Below are positions 13,651 to 26,097 of a stretch of 64,000 nt of DNA, piece after piece. Origin of the DNA: Malacoraja senta (Eukaryota); the NCBI GenBank assembly GCA_038087875.1, contig CM075994.1, positions 5,458,001-5,522,000 on the forward strand, given 5' to 3'. The stretch's first letter is position 1. Each line of letters begins with the position of its first letter. Made by a program: the position numbers and the translations under genes. A model generated the notes under the pieces. The model was given only the letters and a program-made list of their open reading frames with translations, ran no database searches and was not told the origin of the DNA.

Positions 13651-13682
13651 GGCTGCGTGTTCAAATCACGTCGGGGTCACCA
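13651..13682 (-). promoter_or_regulatory. Primer-binding site complementary to tRNA-Trp (canonical 18 nt at 13665-13682, match extends to 32 nt)
   Basis: Minus strand TGGTGACCCCGACGTGAT is the classic Trp PBS; plus strand GGCTGCGTGTTCAAATCACGTCGGGGTCACCA resembles the tRNA-Trp 3' half. Confidence 0.92.
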
Positions 13683-13684
13683 GT

Positions 13685-13873
13685 TGTAGCGGCCAGGACG
13701 AGGTCAGGAGAAGGCCAGACGCCAGGCAAGTTCAAACAGTTGTCTTTTATCACACAGCGAGAGCACACGCCCGAAAGGGACCTCGGGAAACCACGTGGCA
13801 GACCAACGCCCCTGTCCCTCAATAGCCGATGGGGATGATCCAAGGAGTGTCATAACCTCCAGGGACCGCCACA
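13685..13873 (-). repeat. Gypsy 5' LTR (189 bp)
   Basis: Direct repeat of 5136-5323; PBS lies 2 nt inside. Confidence 0.95.
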
Positions 13874-14819
13874 CCAACACAAATTCTCCATTGTTCTATG
13901 AAATTTATTCCCCCGCTGAATACCTTCTGTGAAAAGCAAGCTTTCAAAATGTATATTTCAAATTGATTATTTTGTTCAATTTGCTAGAATTTCCCCATGC
14001 CATCCGTCGTTTGTCAAGTTCAAGATGCCTCGAAAATATGAACGTTTTTCCTTTTACGCTTCCAAATTACCTAAAATGTGACTGCCTTATCTCAAAATGG
14101 TGGTGCAAGCTAACTTGGTTTTAACTTCTCAATCAAGATCACTACCGAACCAGACCTGCTAGCATTTTTGTTCTTCTACACTTGTCGCCAACTGTTCTGA
14201 TTTTGGATGGCCTGTTTTACTGAACTGAATGAGAGCAAGTGGGAGCAGCATAGGAGTGACTGCACCGAACCCTCCGGGGAGGCGACAACGAAATTTAAAA
14301 CCCCCAGGTACGGCGGAAAATGCCGATGAATGAAGAAAACAATTGTCTCAACCTATTTCCCGCTTTCGGTGTCGTGAGGATAATTTAAAAGTCAACTGTC
14401 TATAATGTTCAATCTCTTTTGCAATATGATGAAGATATATAACATAATTTCAATGCGAGCAATTAGATCAAACAAAGTAATCCACATATTATTGCAAGAT
14501 ATAAAGTAAAGGAAAGAAAGCACAGTGTTCTGTAACCAGCGTTTCGTATTGAACTGCAGGTTTCTTCTCATTCTATAAGAAACCGAAATTTTCTGCTATG
14601 TTATTGTTTTTGTCAATGGTTGTCTGATTCCCCCAACGGAAAGCGCGATTAGTCAAAACATGAGTTGATTGCTATGAATTAGAGATCCTCAGACATTACT
14701 CATTTTGCTGATGATGCACAGTGCAACTTCATATGTATAGATTTCTGGCTCTTTAAAATTTTATATCTTAACCGCAAAACGTCATCTTTTTTTTAAGTTA
14801 GCTCAGCTTTATCACTTAC

Positions 14820-14855
14820 CTTTGAATTTCAAATTTTGTTTCGCTTCAGTTAATT
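14820..14855 (-). CDS. Microexon 14, 36 nt, ELTEAKQNLKFK
   Basis: ttttattgattttcag|AATTAAC...TTCAAAG|gtaagt; consensus donor. Confidence 0.85.
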
Positions 14856-15827
14856 CTGAAAATCAATAAAATGTTTTTTTTTTCCCGACACAAAGCAGGC
14901 ATATTCGAATGGATATTAACTGACATAATTTCCACGGAATTGATAGACTTCGTTCTACATTCGTATGGGACATCTGCCACTGATGAAATTGCTGCGCAGA
15001 CAACAGTACCGAATATAAATGTTGCACTATGTTTGACAATTAATCCGAATATGTTATAATGGTTGTTGTGTCAAACCGTGGTTACAGCTCACCAGATCAT
15101 TTACGAATTTTACGCACGTGTGTATTAACACACGTGATCTATGACTGTGACAAAGGTTGTGTTACAGGCGCCCATGTTCATGAGTTTATCAATGAAGTCA
15201 TCTTGTTCAACGTTATGTAATTTGAAATTATTTATACAACATATATTAATAAAAATCCCTAAATTCTTCTAATCCATATGTGAAACCTAATGTCAACTTT
15301 AGTTTAAAATGCAGATAGATATGAGATTTGATAATCCATCGTCTTCTTCATTCGCTGAGAAAATCAATTCGTGTAACCGTTCTGCTCGTCGTCCTTATGT
15401 TATTAATAACATCCAGAAAATCTTCTTATACAAACAATTGTTTTTAAGTGGTTACAATTCGCAGAAATGCATATTTTAAAATTTCAGCTTTGTCGAACAC
15501 GTAAATGATTCCGATATGACGTATGTGTTGCTTCAATGGTATTGCACGTTCCTTGATGCTGGTGGCCTGCTGAAAGAGTGCACAGCCTCTCCTTCCCGTA
15601 AAATTTCAGTCAATGTTTCATCGATGCCAGCGTCAGAAGAGAACATCAGTTCTAGTCGGCCGCAAGGATGAGCAAATAAAAGAGCTTCCAGTTCCAACAA
15701 GACCAGGCTGATGAAAACTCAACCTGGTCTATTACTAGGGGAAACAACGAGGAAGAAGGCTCAACACATAGCTCGTGAAACGACATGATTCCAGTCCGGA
15801 AATGGCAAGAGGAGGAGTTCTTATAGT

Positions 15828-16856
15828 GGACCCCGTGTGCGGACAGACAAGAAGCCGTAGCATAAAAGCCGAAGCCAAAGAACCGAATAGATACGTGGCC
15901 GAAACGCCGAGGAACCGAAAGAGTCCGAAGACGAAACGCCTACTAACCGAAAGGATGGGACGCCTAAATGCAAACTAACCGAAAGGGCGGGGCGCCTAAA
16001 CGCCAACGAACCGAAAGGCTGCGTCGCCTAAAATCAAACTTACCGAATGGCCGCTCAGTCGAAACGCCACCTACCCGAAAGGCGGCGGCGCCTACAGGCC
16101 AATGGACCGACTGCCGCTCAACAGAAAAGTCCAATAACGGACTTGACGTTACCGGGGGGCGGGACTTGTCAGCGATTGGTTCAGACCCCCGTGCCCATCA
16201 CATCACTGTGAAGGCATGAACATTGTCCCATACCTCCGCTCCACCAATCCCGACCGTGGGAGAGTGGGGCTGTCCCGAGGAATGCACACCTTCGGCCGCT
16301 TTCAACTTGGTGTTTGGGATCAGATTGCCCAGTCACGTACGGCTTGTGTGGGAAAATGAACCCCACGCTCCCGACTCCCCCTTCTCTCTCCCCTGTTCTC
16401 TGTCTCCCGCTCTCTCTCTCTCTCTCTCCATTCTCTCTCCCTTCTCCCTTGGGACAATGTTCATGCCTTCACAGTGATGTGATGGATGCGGAGGTCTGGA
16501 CCAATCGATGACATGTCCCGCCCCCCGGCAACGTCAAGTCCGTTATTGGACTTTTCTGTTGAGCGGCAGTCGGCCCTTTGGCCTGTAGGCGACGCCGCCT
16601 TTCGGGTAGGTGGCGTTTCGACTGAGCGGCCATTCGGTAAATTTGCTTTTATGCTACGCAGCTTGTCGGTTCATTGGCGTTTAGGCGTCCCGCCCTTTCG
16701 GTTAGTTTCCATATAGGCGTCCCTACCTTTCGGTTAGTAGGCGTTTCGCCTTCGGACTCTTTCGGTTCATTGGCGTTTCGGCCTCGTTTCAATTCGGTTC
16801 TTCGGCTTCGGGTTCTTTGCTTCGGCCACTTGTCTGTCGGCGCCGCGTCCGGGTCC
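15828..16856. mobile_element. Foldback/MITE-like element with ~400-bp inverted arms
   Basis: 15828-16230 is the reverse complement of 16450-16856; outer arms are built from ~15-bp CCGAA-containing subrepeats; no TSD found. Confidence 0.85.
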
Positions 16857-17009
16857 CGGTGAATCCTGTGGACAGCATGTGGGATTGGTATTGGTTGACC
16901 TTAACCATACTGGTAACAGCGTGAATTCCAGGTCTCTGGAAACAGACATGGAAGCATACATTCACTTTTGTGTGTTCGAGTCGGGCAAAGAGATCAAGTC
17001 GTTTGCGGC

Positions 17010-20000
17010 CCGCGACTCGACTGCCTGCAGGCTCCGGGCCCCAAATCTGGCCCGCGCTGCCTGCCCGAGTCCCGTGACGCCATCTTGGCCACGAGGAGCA
17101 GCCCCAGCACTCACCAGGACGCCGCCTTCGCCAACCTTTATGTCGATGGTGCCGCCGATCTTCACCTGCCCACCGATGACGAGGAACCTCGCTGCCTCAC
17201 CGGTAACTCGGACTATCTTCTCCTCGCCGCCTCACTATGCCCATCGAACACCGCCGCCGCACCCGGCCCATCCAACATTGCCGTCGCACTGGACCCACCG
17301 AACATGACCGCCGGACCCGGGGCCCACCGAACACGGCCGCCGCACCTGACCCACTGAAGATGGCTTCCGCACCGGACCCACCGAACATGGCAGCCGGACA
17401 GGGGCCCACTCACCGGGCCGCCGCACCAAACCCACCGAACATCGCTTCCGTACATGACCCAGCGAATATGGTCGCCGCACCGGGGCGCACTCACCGTGCC
17501 GCCGCACCGAACCCGTCGAACCGCGCCACCCCACCGACCATCCGCCTACCGGGACCGCCCACGCATCGCCCATTGACCCGGACTCTACCGCCCGCGGACT
17601 CCAGCCATCGATTCCGCCGACCCTCGCCACTCCATCTCCCTCCAGCAGTCTGCAGCCGTCGCCTTACCTGCAGCCTGGACTCATCACCGGGCCTTAGGCT
17701 TCGACGCTCGAGACTCCCACACCCCCGTGTTTGAATGCGCTGGGTCCTAGTGCTAGTCACCCTGTCCCTGGTTACCACAGTGGCTGTTCCACTGGGTCTT
17801 CCCCATACCCCTCAAACCATGTGACCCCAGCTTTTCCCCACCCACACTACAGCCTTCATGCCGCCCCTCGCGCCCTGACCCCCCACCACCCCCAACCAAA
17901 CATCGACTCGTCCTCAGTCCACTTACCTGCCTTCTTCCGGGCCCAACCCCCATCCCTGCCGGGTGTTTACCATCCCCCCTGACCTCACCCTCTCTGATAC
18001 CGAACGGTCGGTCCTCAGCAGATGCCTTACCTTTGTCCCCCTCCGTCCCCACCTCAATGACTTCCACGCCCGCCTCGGCGTGGAGCTCTTCTACCGTCGT
18101 CTTCGGCTCGCAGCGTTATTCCATTGGAACGAGTCCCCGCCCCCCACTGTTGATCCCTTCACCCGTCTCCAACGGACCCTCTCCACTTGCCCCCCCCCCC
18201 TCATGGTCTTCCGGCTTTAGAACTTTTTATTCAAAACTGCCGGCGGGACATCAAACGCCTCAAATTCTCCAATCCCCTGTCTCACTCTAACCTCTGCCCC
18301 ACTGAACGCACTGCCATGGACTCACTCCGCAACAACCCAGCCTGGGGTATCAAACCCGCCGGCAAGGGAGGGGCTGTGGCAGTCTGGCGCGTTGATCACT
18401 ACAAAGCTGAGGTCTCGCGCCAACTCTCGGATACCTCCTCCTACTTACCCCTGGACCATGACCCCACTGACGAGGAAAAGGCCACTATCTCTAGCACCAT
18501 CACTGACTTCATCAACTGCGGCTCCCTACTCCCCCAAGCCTCCAACCTCATCGTTCCACAGCCCCGCACGGCCCGATTTTACCTTCTCCCCAAAATCCAC
18601 AAACCTGACTGTCCTGGTAGAACCATTGTCTCTGCCTGTTCGTGCTCTACCGAACATATTTCCACGTACCTCGACTCCACCCTATCCCCCTGGTTAAATC
18701 CCTCCCGACCTATGTTCAAGAAGCCTCAGACACTCTCCGTCGTCTCCAGACATTCCATTCTCTAGGCCCCCATCCCCTCATCTTCACCATGGACGTCCAC
18801 TCACTCTACACCTCCATCCCCCACCAGGAAGGTCTCAAAGTCCTCCGGTTCATCCTGGATCGGACAACTAACCAATACCCGTCCACTGATGCTCTCCTCC
18901 ATTTAGCGGAGTTGGTCCTTACCCTCAATAACTTTTCGTTTGAAACCTCCCATTTCCTCCAAACAGAAAGCGTAGCTATGGGCACGCCCATGGGCCCCAG
19001 CTATGTTTGCCTCTTTGTAGGGTACGTCGAACAATCCTTGTACGAGACGTACCAGGTCCCCATCCCCGATTTCTACCTCCGCTACATCGATGATTGCATT
19101 GTTGCCACCTCCTGCAACCATACACAACTCACTAACTTCATCAACTTCGCCACTAACTTCCATCCGGCACTCAAATACACCTGAACCATTTCCGATATTT
19201 CCCTAACATTTCTTGACCTCACTAACTCCATCGCAGGTGAAAGTCTTTTCACCGATATCCATTATAAACCCACTGACTCCCATGGCTAGTTGGACTACAT
19301 TTCTTCCCACCCTGCTTCCTGTAAGGACTCCATCCCCTACTCCCAATTCCTCCGTCTGCGCAGCATCTGCTTCCCGGATGAGATGTTCCACACCAGGGCA
19401 TCGGATGGTACTCATTCTTCAGGAAACGGGGGTTCTCCTCCCCTACCATAGATGCGGCTCTCATCATGGTCTCTTCAATACCCCGCAACACTGCTCTCTC
19501 TCTCCCCATCACCCACTCGGAACAAGGGCAGAGTCCCCTAGTCCTCACCTTCCACCCCACCAGCCGTCACATAAAACAAATAGTCCTCCCTAATTTGCGC
19601 CACCTCCAACGTTACCCCAGCACTCTCCAGATCTTCCCATCTCCCCCCACCCGTCCGCATTCCTCAATGACCGCTTCCTCTGTAATTCCCTGGTCAATTA
19701 TTTCCTTCCCACCCGCACCACCCCCTCCCCGGGCACTTTCCCTTGCAACTGCAAGAGATGCTACACGTGTCGCTTTACCTTCCCCAACGACTCCATTCAA
19801 GGACCCAAGCAGTCGTTCCATGTGCGACAGAAGTTCACCTGCATCTCCTCCCACCGCATCTATTGCATCCGCTGCTCGAGATGTCAGCTGATCTACATCG
19901 GTGAGACCAAGCGTAGGTTTGGCGATCGTTTCGCCGAACACCTCCGCTCGGTTCGCATTAACCAACCTGATCTCCCTGTGGCTCAGCACTTGAAATCCCC

Positions 20001-20335
20001 CTCCCATTCCGAATCCGACCTTTCTGTCCTGGGCCTCCCCTATTGATAGAGTGAGCACCACCGGAAACTGGAGGAGCAGCACCTCATATTCCGCTTGGAC
20101 AGTCTGCATCCCAATGGCCTGAACATTGACCTCCAATTTCCAGCAGCCATTGGTGTCACCTCCCCTTCTCAGCTCTCCCTCGGCGCTCTTGCTCCTCCTC
20201 TTCCTTTCTTCTTCCCGCCCCCCCCCCCCCTTCATCAGTCTAAAGAAGGTCGTCGGCCCGAAACGTTGCCGAATTCCTTCGCTCCATAGATTCAGCCGCA
20301 CAAGCAAATTTTCTCCAACAATGTTGTCTACCTTC
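17010..20335 (+). mobile_element. 5'-truncated Penelope-like element (RT plus GIY-YIG, Cys-rich linker suggestive of the Neptune group), frameshifted
   Basis: IKPAGKGGAVAVW, FYLLPKIHKPDCPGR, TMDVHSLYTSIPH, AMGTPMGPS, YLRYIDD, IYCIRCSRCQLIYIGETKR; pLTR tail. Confidence 0.95.
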
Positions 20336-21667
20336 ACGCCTTTTGAGATTGGACCTGCCAGAATTGATCGGAAATGTGCACTGCCACCATCTTTATGGCG
20401 ATCCATATGGTGAGTTCAATTTACCTGGTGAGAATTATTGCGTTCTTGCTATTATTTAGCGTACTGGCATCTCCATAAATTTTAGATGCGTTTTTTTTTC
20501 ACTTACATTTTATAGATTTTTCACAGATATATACAACACCATCACCATAAATAAAGCAAAATAAGAAAAACAACAATCAAAATAAAAAAAAATAATATAT
20601 AGGGGAAAAAAAGAAGTAAATTAAAAAAAATTGAATAAAACCATGTGGTTCCCTTACCAAATTAAAAATATCCGTTACATTGAATAGTTATCTGGAGATA
20701 TATCAATATTCGCACAAACATACCATCTAATTCTATATAACACAATCTTCCCATATCAAATTTGGCATTTTATCTAATTGGTGTCATGACTCAAATAAAC
20801 GGTACATTTTCCCCAGATCTTCTCAAATGAATTCTCAAGGAATATGTCAGTTTCTCCATATTAAAGATGTCTCGCACAATTTCTAAACACTGTTCCTGTT
20901 TTGGAACGCGTTTAAGGCTACTTAAATTGCGGTGATGAAACAAAAGAAGAAGAATGGTCCTTGCAGTGAAAACAAACGTGGGGACCAAGAGGTGTTTTCC
21001 TGATACACATACTTGGTCGACTGGTTCTTACGTTTATATATGGCACGCGGAGCAAATGTTAATTTAATATCCCAATGTATATGATCTCCTGCTGTTTTGC
21101 CAAAGAGGGACATTTTAACCTTGGATATCCCCGATGAGCCGAGGCATTTAAAATTGCAGATGTTTTCAAAGGAATGAGTTGCTAAAATACTTCAAAAAAG
21201 TTCAAAAATTTGAAGCTTGGGGTTCATTACATTAACACTAGTCGCCAGAATAATTAGGCTGCGTTTCCTGATCATGTTGTCAGATAAGATTGGTCTCTAG
21301 TTTCAATCCTTTCCATCCATGTCGGGGATAATGAACACTTGAGAGAACTGCCGGTGATGATAAAGGAGAGGGGGCGCTGTCCTGTACGGCTGCCAGTACT
21401 GCAGCTCTCCGCTTTTTTCACTTAAAAAATATAGTTTTACTACTTTAATGTGAGTAGTTGGAGATCTAATCGTTTTTATGTGTGGGGGGTGGAGATCCGT
21501 CCAGCGCGGCCTGTTGGCTTGGAAACCGCGGTCTCCAGGCACCCCAAGCCGCTGAGAGGGTTCTCCCGACGCCGGAGCACCATCACCCGGCGAGATGGCC
21601 TGAAACATCGGGCCTGCGTAGTGGCGACTGTGGAGGCCTCAATAAGCCCAGACCACGGCTGGACAAG

Positions 21668-24600
21668 AGACAATGGACAATAGATGCAGGAGTAGGCCTT
21701 TTGGCCCTTAGAGCCAGCACCGCCATTCGATGTGATCATGGCTGATCATCCCCAATCAGTGCCCCGTTCCTGCCACCTCCCCATGTCCCACGACTTCGCT
21801 ATTTTCAAGAGCCCTATCTACCTATGTCTTGAACGCATCCAGAGAACCTGCCTCCACTGCAGTCTGAGGCAGAGAATTCCACAGAATCACCACTCTCTGT
21901 GAGAAAAAGTGTTTCATCGTCGCCGTTCTAAATGGCTTACTACTTGTTCTTAAACTGTGGCCCTTGGTTCTGGACTCCCGCAACATCGGGAACAAGTTTC
22001 CTGCCTCTACCTTGTCCAAGCCCTTAACAATCTTATATGTTCCAATGAGATCCCTCTCATCTTTCCAAACTCCAGAGTGTACAAGCCCAGCTGCTAGATT
22101 CTGTCGGCATATGACAGTCCCGCCATCCCGGGAATTAACCTTGTAAAACTACGCTGCACTCCCTCAATAGCAAGAATGTCCTTCCTCAAATGCGGGGACC
22201 AAAACTGCACACAATACTCCAGGTGTGGTCTCACTAGGGCTCTGTACAACTGCAAAATGACCTATTTGCGCCTATGTTCGATTACTCTTGGTATAAAGGC
22301 CAACATGCCATTCGCTTTCTTCACTGCCTATTGTACCTTCATGCTTACTTTCATAGACTGATGTAGAAGGACCACCAGATCCCGTTGTACTTCCCCTTTT
22401 CCAAACTTGACGCCATTTAGATAGTAATCTGCCTTCCTGTTTTTGCTACCAATGTGGATAACCTCACATTTATCCGCATTAAACTTCATCTGCCATCCAT
22501 CTGCCCAACCCCCCCCAACCTGTCCATTTCACCGTGCATTCTCATAGCATACTCCTCACAGTTCACACTGCCACCCAGCTTTGTGTCATCTGCAAATTTA
22601 CTAATGTTACTTTGAATCCCTTCATCCAAATTTATAATATATATTGTAAATTGCTGCGGTCCCAGCACCGAGCCTTGCGGTACACCACTAGTCGCTGTCG
22701 GCCATTCTGAAAGTGACCCGTCAATCCCTACTGTTTGTTTCCTGTCTGCCAACAACTTATCTATCCATGTCAGTACTCTACCTCTAATACCATGTGCCCT
22801 AATTTTGCCCACTAATCTCCTATGTGGTACCTTATCAAATGCTTTCTTAAAGTCCACGTAAACTACATCCACAGGCTCTCCGTTGTCCATTTTCCTAGAT
22901 ACATCTTCAAAAAATTCCAGATTAGGCAAGCATGATTTCCCCTTCGTAAATCCATGCTGACTCGGACCGATCCTGTTACTGCAATCCAAATGTGCGGCTA
23001 TCTCATATTTTATATTGACTCCAGCATCTTCCCCACCACCGATATCAGGCTAACTGGTCTATAATTCCCCGTTTTCTCTCTCGCGCCTTTCTTAAAAAGT
23101 GGGATAACATTAGCTACCCTCCAATCCACAGGAACTGATCCTGAGTCTATAGAACAATGGACAATTATCATCAATGCATCCACGATTTTTAGAGCCACTT
23201 ATCTAAGTACCCCGTGATGCAGACGATCAGGCCCTGAGGATTTATCAGCCTTCCGTCCCATCAGTCTATCCAACACCATTTCCTGCCTAATGTGAATTTC
23301 CTTCAGTTCCTCTGTCACCCCAGATCCTCTGGTCACTACTATATCAGGAAGATTGTTTGTGTCCTCCTTGGTGAAGACAGATCAAAAGTACCTGTTCAAC
23401 TCATCTGCCATTTCCTTGTTCCCCATAATAAATTCACCCTTTTCGGTCTTCAAGGGTCCAACTTTGTTCTTAACTATTTTTTCCCTCTTATCATACCTAA
23501 AGAAGCTTTTACTATCCTGCTTTATATTCTTGGCTAGCTTACCTTCGTATCTCATATTTTCTCTCCGTATTGTCTTTTTGGTTATCTTCTGTTGTTCTTT
23601 AAACATTACCCAATCATCTTGTTTCGCGCTCATCTTTGCTACGTTGTACTTCTTCCCTTTAATTTGTATACTGTCTCTGACGTCAGCCATCGTCGTCCCT
23701 TTCTTCCCTTGGAATCTTTCTTCCTCCTAAGAATGAACTGATCCTGCACCTTCTGTATTTACCTAGAAACACCTGCCGTTTTTGTTCCACTGTCATCCCT
23801 GCTAATGTATCTTTCCAGTCAACTTTGGCCAGCTCCTCCCTAATGGCCCCATAATACCCTTTATTCAACTGCAACACGGGCACCTCCGATCTACTCTTCT
23901 CCCTCTCCAATTCTAGATTAAACCTGACCATGTTAAGGCCACTGCCACCTAATGCCTCATTAACCTCGAGGTCCTTTATCAAATCCGGTTCATTACATAA
24001 CACTAAATCCAGAATTGCCTTCTCCCTGGTAGGCTCCAATACAAGCTGTGCAAAGAATCCATCACGAAGGCACTCTACAAAGTCCATATATTGGGGTCCA
24101 GTGCCAACCTCATTTTCCCAGTCTACCTGCATGTTGAAATCTCCCATACCAACCACAGCATTACTTTTGCTACATGCCAATTTTAACTCCTGATTCAACT
24201 GGCGCCCTATGTACAAGCTACTGTTTGGGGGCCTATAGATTAGTCCCATTAGGGTATTTTACCCTTACAATTCATTCGTTCTATCCATACTGACTCCACA
24301 TCTCCTGTTTCAATGTCGCCCCTTGGAAGGGACTGAATTTCATTCCTCACCAACAGGGCAACCCCACCCCCTTTGCCCACCTGTCTGTCTTTTCGATAGG
24401 AGATATATCCTTGAATATTCAGTTGCCATCCCTGGCCCTCTTGCAGCCATGTCTCAGTTATCCCCACAACATCATACTTAATATTTTCTAACTGAGCTTC
24501 AAGCTTGTCCACTTTATTCCTTATACTTCCGCATTGATATACAGTACTTTGACCTCCATATTCACGTCCCCCCAGCAATTGGCACCTGGTGTTACTCTGT

Positions 24601-25110
24601 TATCCATTCTCAAGCTTTCCTTCCCATTAATTCGAGAATAGTTTGTAATTTTACCTGTAGCCACTTCCCCTTAAACTCCATCTTTATAGTCCCAATTTGT
24701 CGATCACTCCCCCCCCCCCCACTATTTAGTTTAAACCCACACGTGTAGCCCTAGCAAACATGCCTGCCAGAATGTCGGTCCCCCTCCAGTTAAGGTGTAA
24801 CCCGTCCCTTTTGTACAGGTCACCCCTATCCCAGAAGAGATCCCAGTGGTCTATATCACTGTAATCCCTGACCAGGAAACTCTCGTTTTCACGGATGGCC
24901 CTTAGGTCATTCAGCTGCTTCTCCAGTGCCCCAACACGGTCCTTTAGCAGATTTCTAAAGAAGGGTTTCGGCCGGAAACGTTGCCTATTCCCTTCGCTCC
25001 TTAGATACTGCTGCACCCGCTAAGTTTCTCCAGCATTGTTGTCTACCTACGGTCCTTTAACGCTGAACGCACTTACCACAGTTGTAACAGCCAGAAGCTC
25101 TATCTGTGTC
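21668..25110 (-). mobile_element. Near-complete decayed CR1 LINE (ORF1 esterase remnant, ORF2 APE endonuclease plus RT)
   Basis: DHWDLFWDRGDLYKRDGLHLN (SGNH-type ORF1); DVVGITETWL, MGDFN, ILDLVL (EN); QHGFTKGKSC, GVPQGSVLGP, KFADDTKL (RT); short-repeat tail at ~21668. Confidence 0.93.
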
Positions 25111-26070
25111 CCTGGGCTCCCACATTCTGCAAGCGGATGGGGACTGGACCATGTGCCTTCCCCCACAGTGGGAAGCATTGTGGGGGGGAATTTTTATGTT
25201 TTAATGTTAAACTTCTTCTTGTATTTTTATCAGTGTGCTTCAAGGACATCTGAATTTCCCCTGAAAAGGGGATTAATAAAGTATTTATTTTTATTCGCAA
25301 AACAGGACAGATGAAGCATATCCTGTACTACCTACCCAGTGGAATGGTTTGCATTAACTTAAATGGCTAGGTCTGATCCCACTGGAAATGTTACTACTTT
25401 ACTAGTAATGTAAGTAATTCTGAAACTTGGAGATATAAGACATAGGTTGAAGCGCTGTCGCATCGATGAAGACCATTTAATCAGATAGATTTTGTCGCGG
25501 CCAAAATAATAACAAGCAATATTTATTGCAAATTAAAGAGCTGAGCCAATATTGCGAAATCTGTTTTTTGGGTTACTGTCAGTTTTGACTTGGGGTTTTG
25601 GCACATGCAATGTTAATTCTGTTTATCTTTCCACAGACGATGACTGACGTGCAGAATGTGTACAGGATTTTTTGGAGAGGGTTGACATTCTGGTTCATCT
25701 GATTAACTCAGAAAATAGCATTGGGCGTCTTCATTTTTACTGTAAAGTCGCGGTGTTTGAGATAGGAGCAGCCAGATTCATTCAGATGAATATATGTCAA
25801 CAATTTTCAACCTATTTACGTCTTCTGAATAAATCTAAGGCATATGTATCAATGCTGAAAGTTTAACGTCAGCGACCAAAGTAATACGTGTATTTATTAT
25901 TTCATTCAATTTCTGAGGCAAAAAATGCTATTTGAAGCAAATAAGAAATACGCAAAAATGCAGGTGTACCACACACTAACTGATTAGCTGGGCTTTAATT
26001 ATATTGTTGATATGTTAAGTAAATCGTTTATTCCAAATATCAATGATCTTTTTGTTTCGATAATACGAAC

Positions 26071-26097
26071 CTGTTTTCTTTTCTTCCAACAATTTTT
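26071..26097 (-). CDS. Microexon 13, 27 nt, EKLLEEKKT
   Basis: ttgtgtcctttgcag|AAAAATTGTTGGAAGAAAAGAAAACAG|gttcgt; donor weaker. Confidence 0.7.

Larger units (their letters stand above)
5136..13873 (-). mobile_element. Full-length but decayed Ty3/Gypsy LTR retrotransposon, split by a 4.4-kb insertion
   Basis: TG...CA LTRs at 5136-5323 and 13685-13873; 4-bp TSD CCAA (5132-5135, 13874-13877); PBS-Trp; PPT at ~5326-5332; gag (ATG 13633, LGDRRPSALL), PR, RT (YLDD), RNase H (TVDAS, TDHKPL), IN (CIPC, SDRGPQF, VERFHRQLK), GPY/F. Confidence 0.95.

Noticed and set aside
13651..13682. tRNA-Trp gene
   Set aside because: Only the 3' part, with encoded CCA, directly beside an LTR: a PBS, not a gene.
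15701..15745. CTGATGA...GAAAC hammerhead-like words
   Set aside because: No stem II pairing between the two core motifs.
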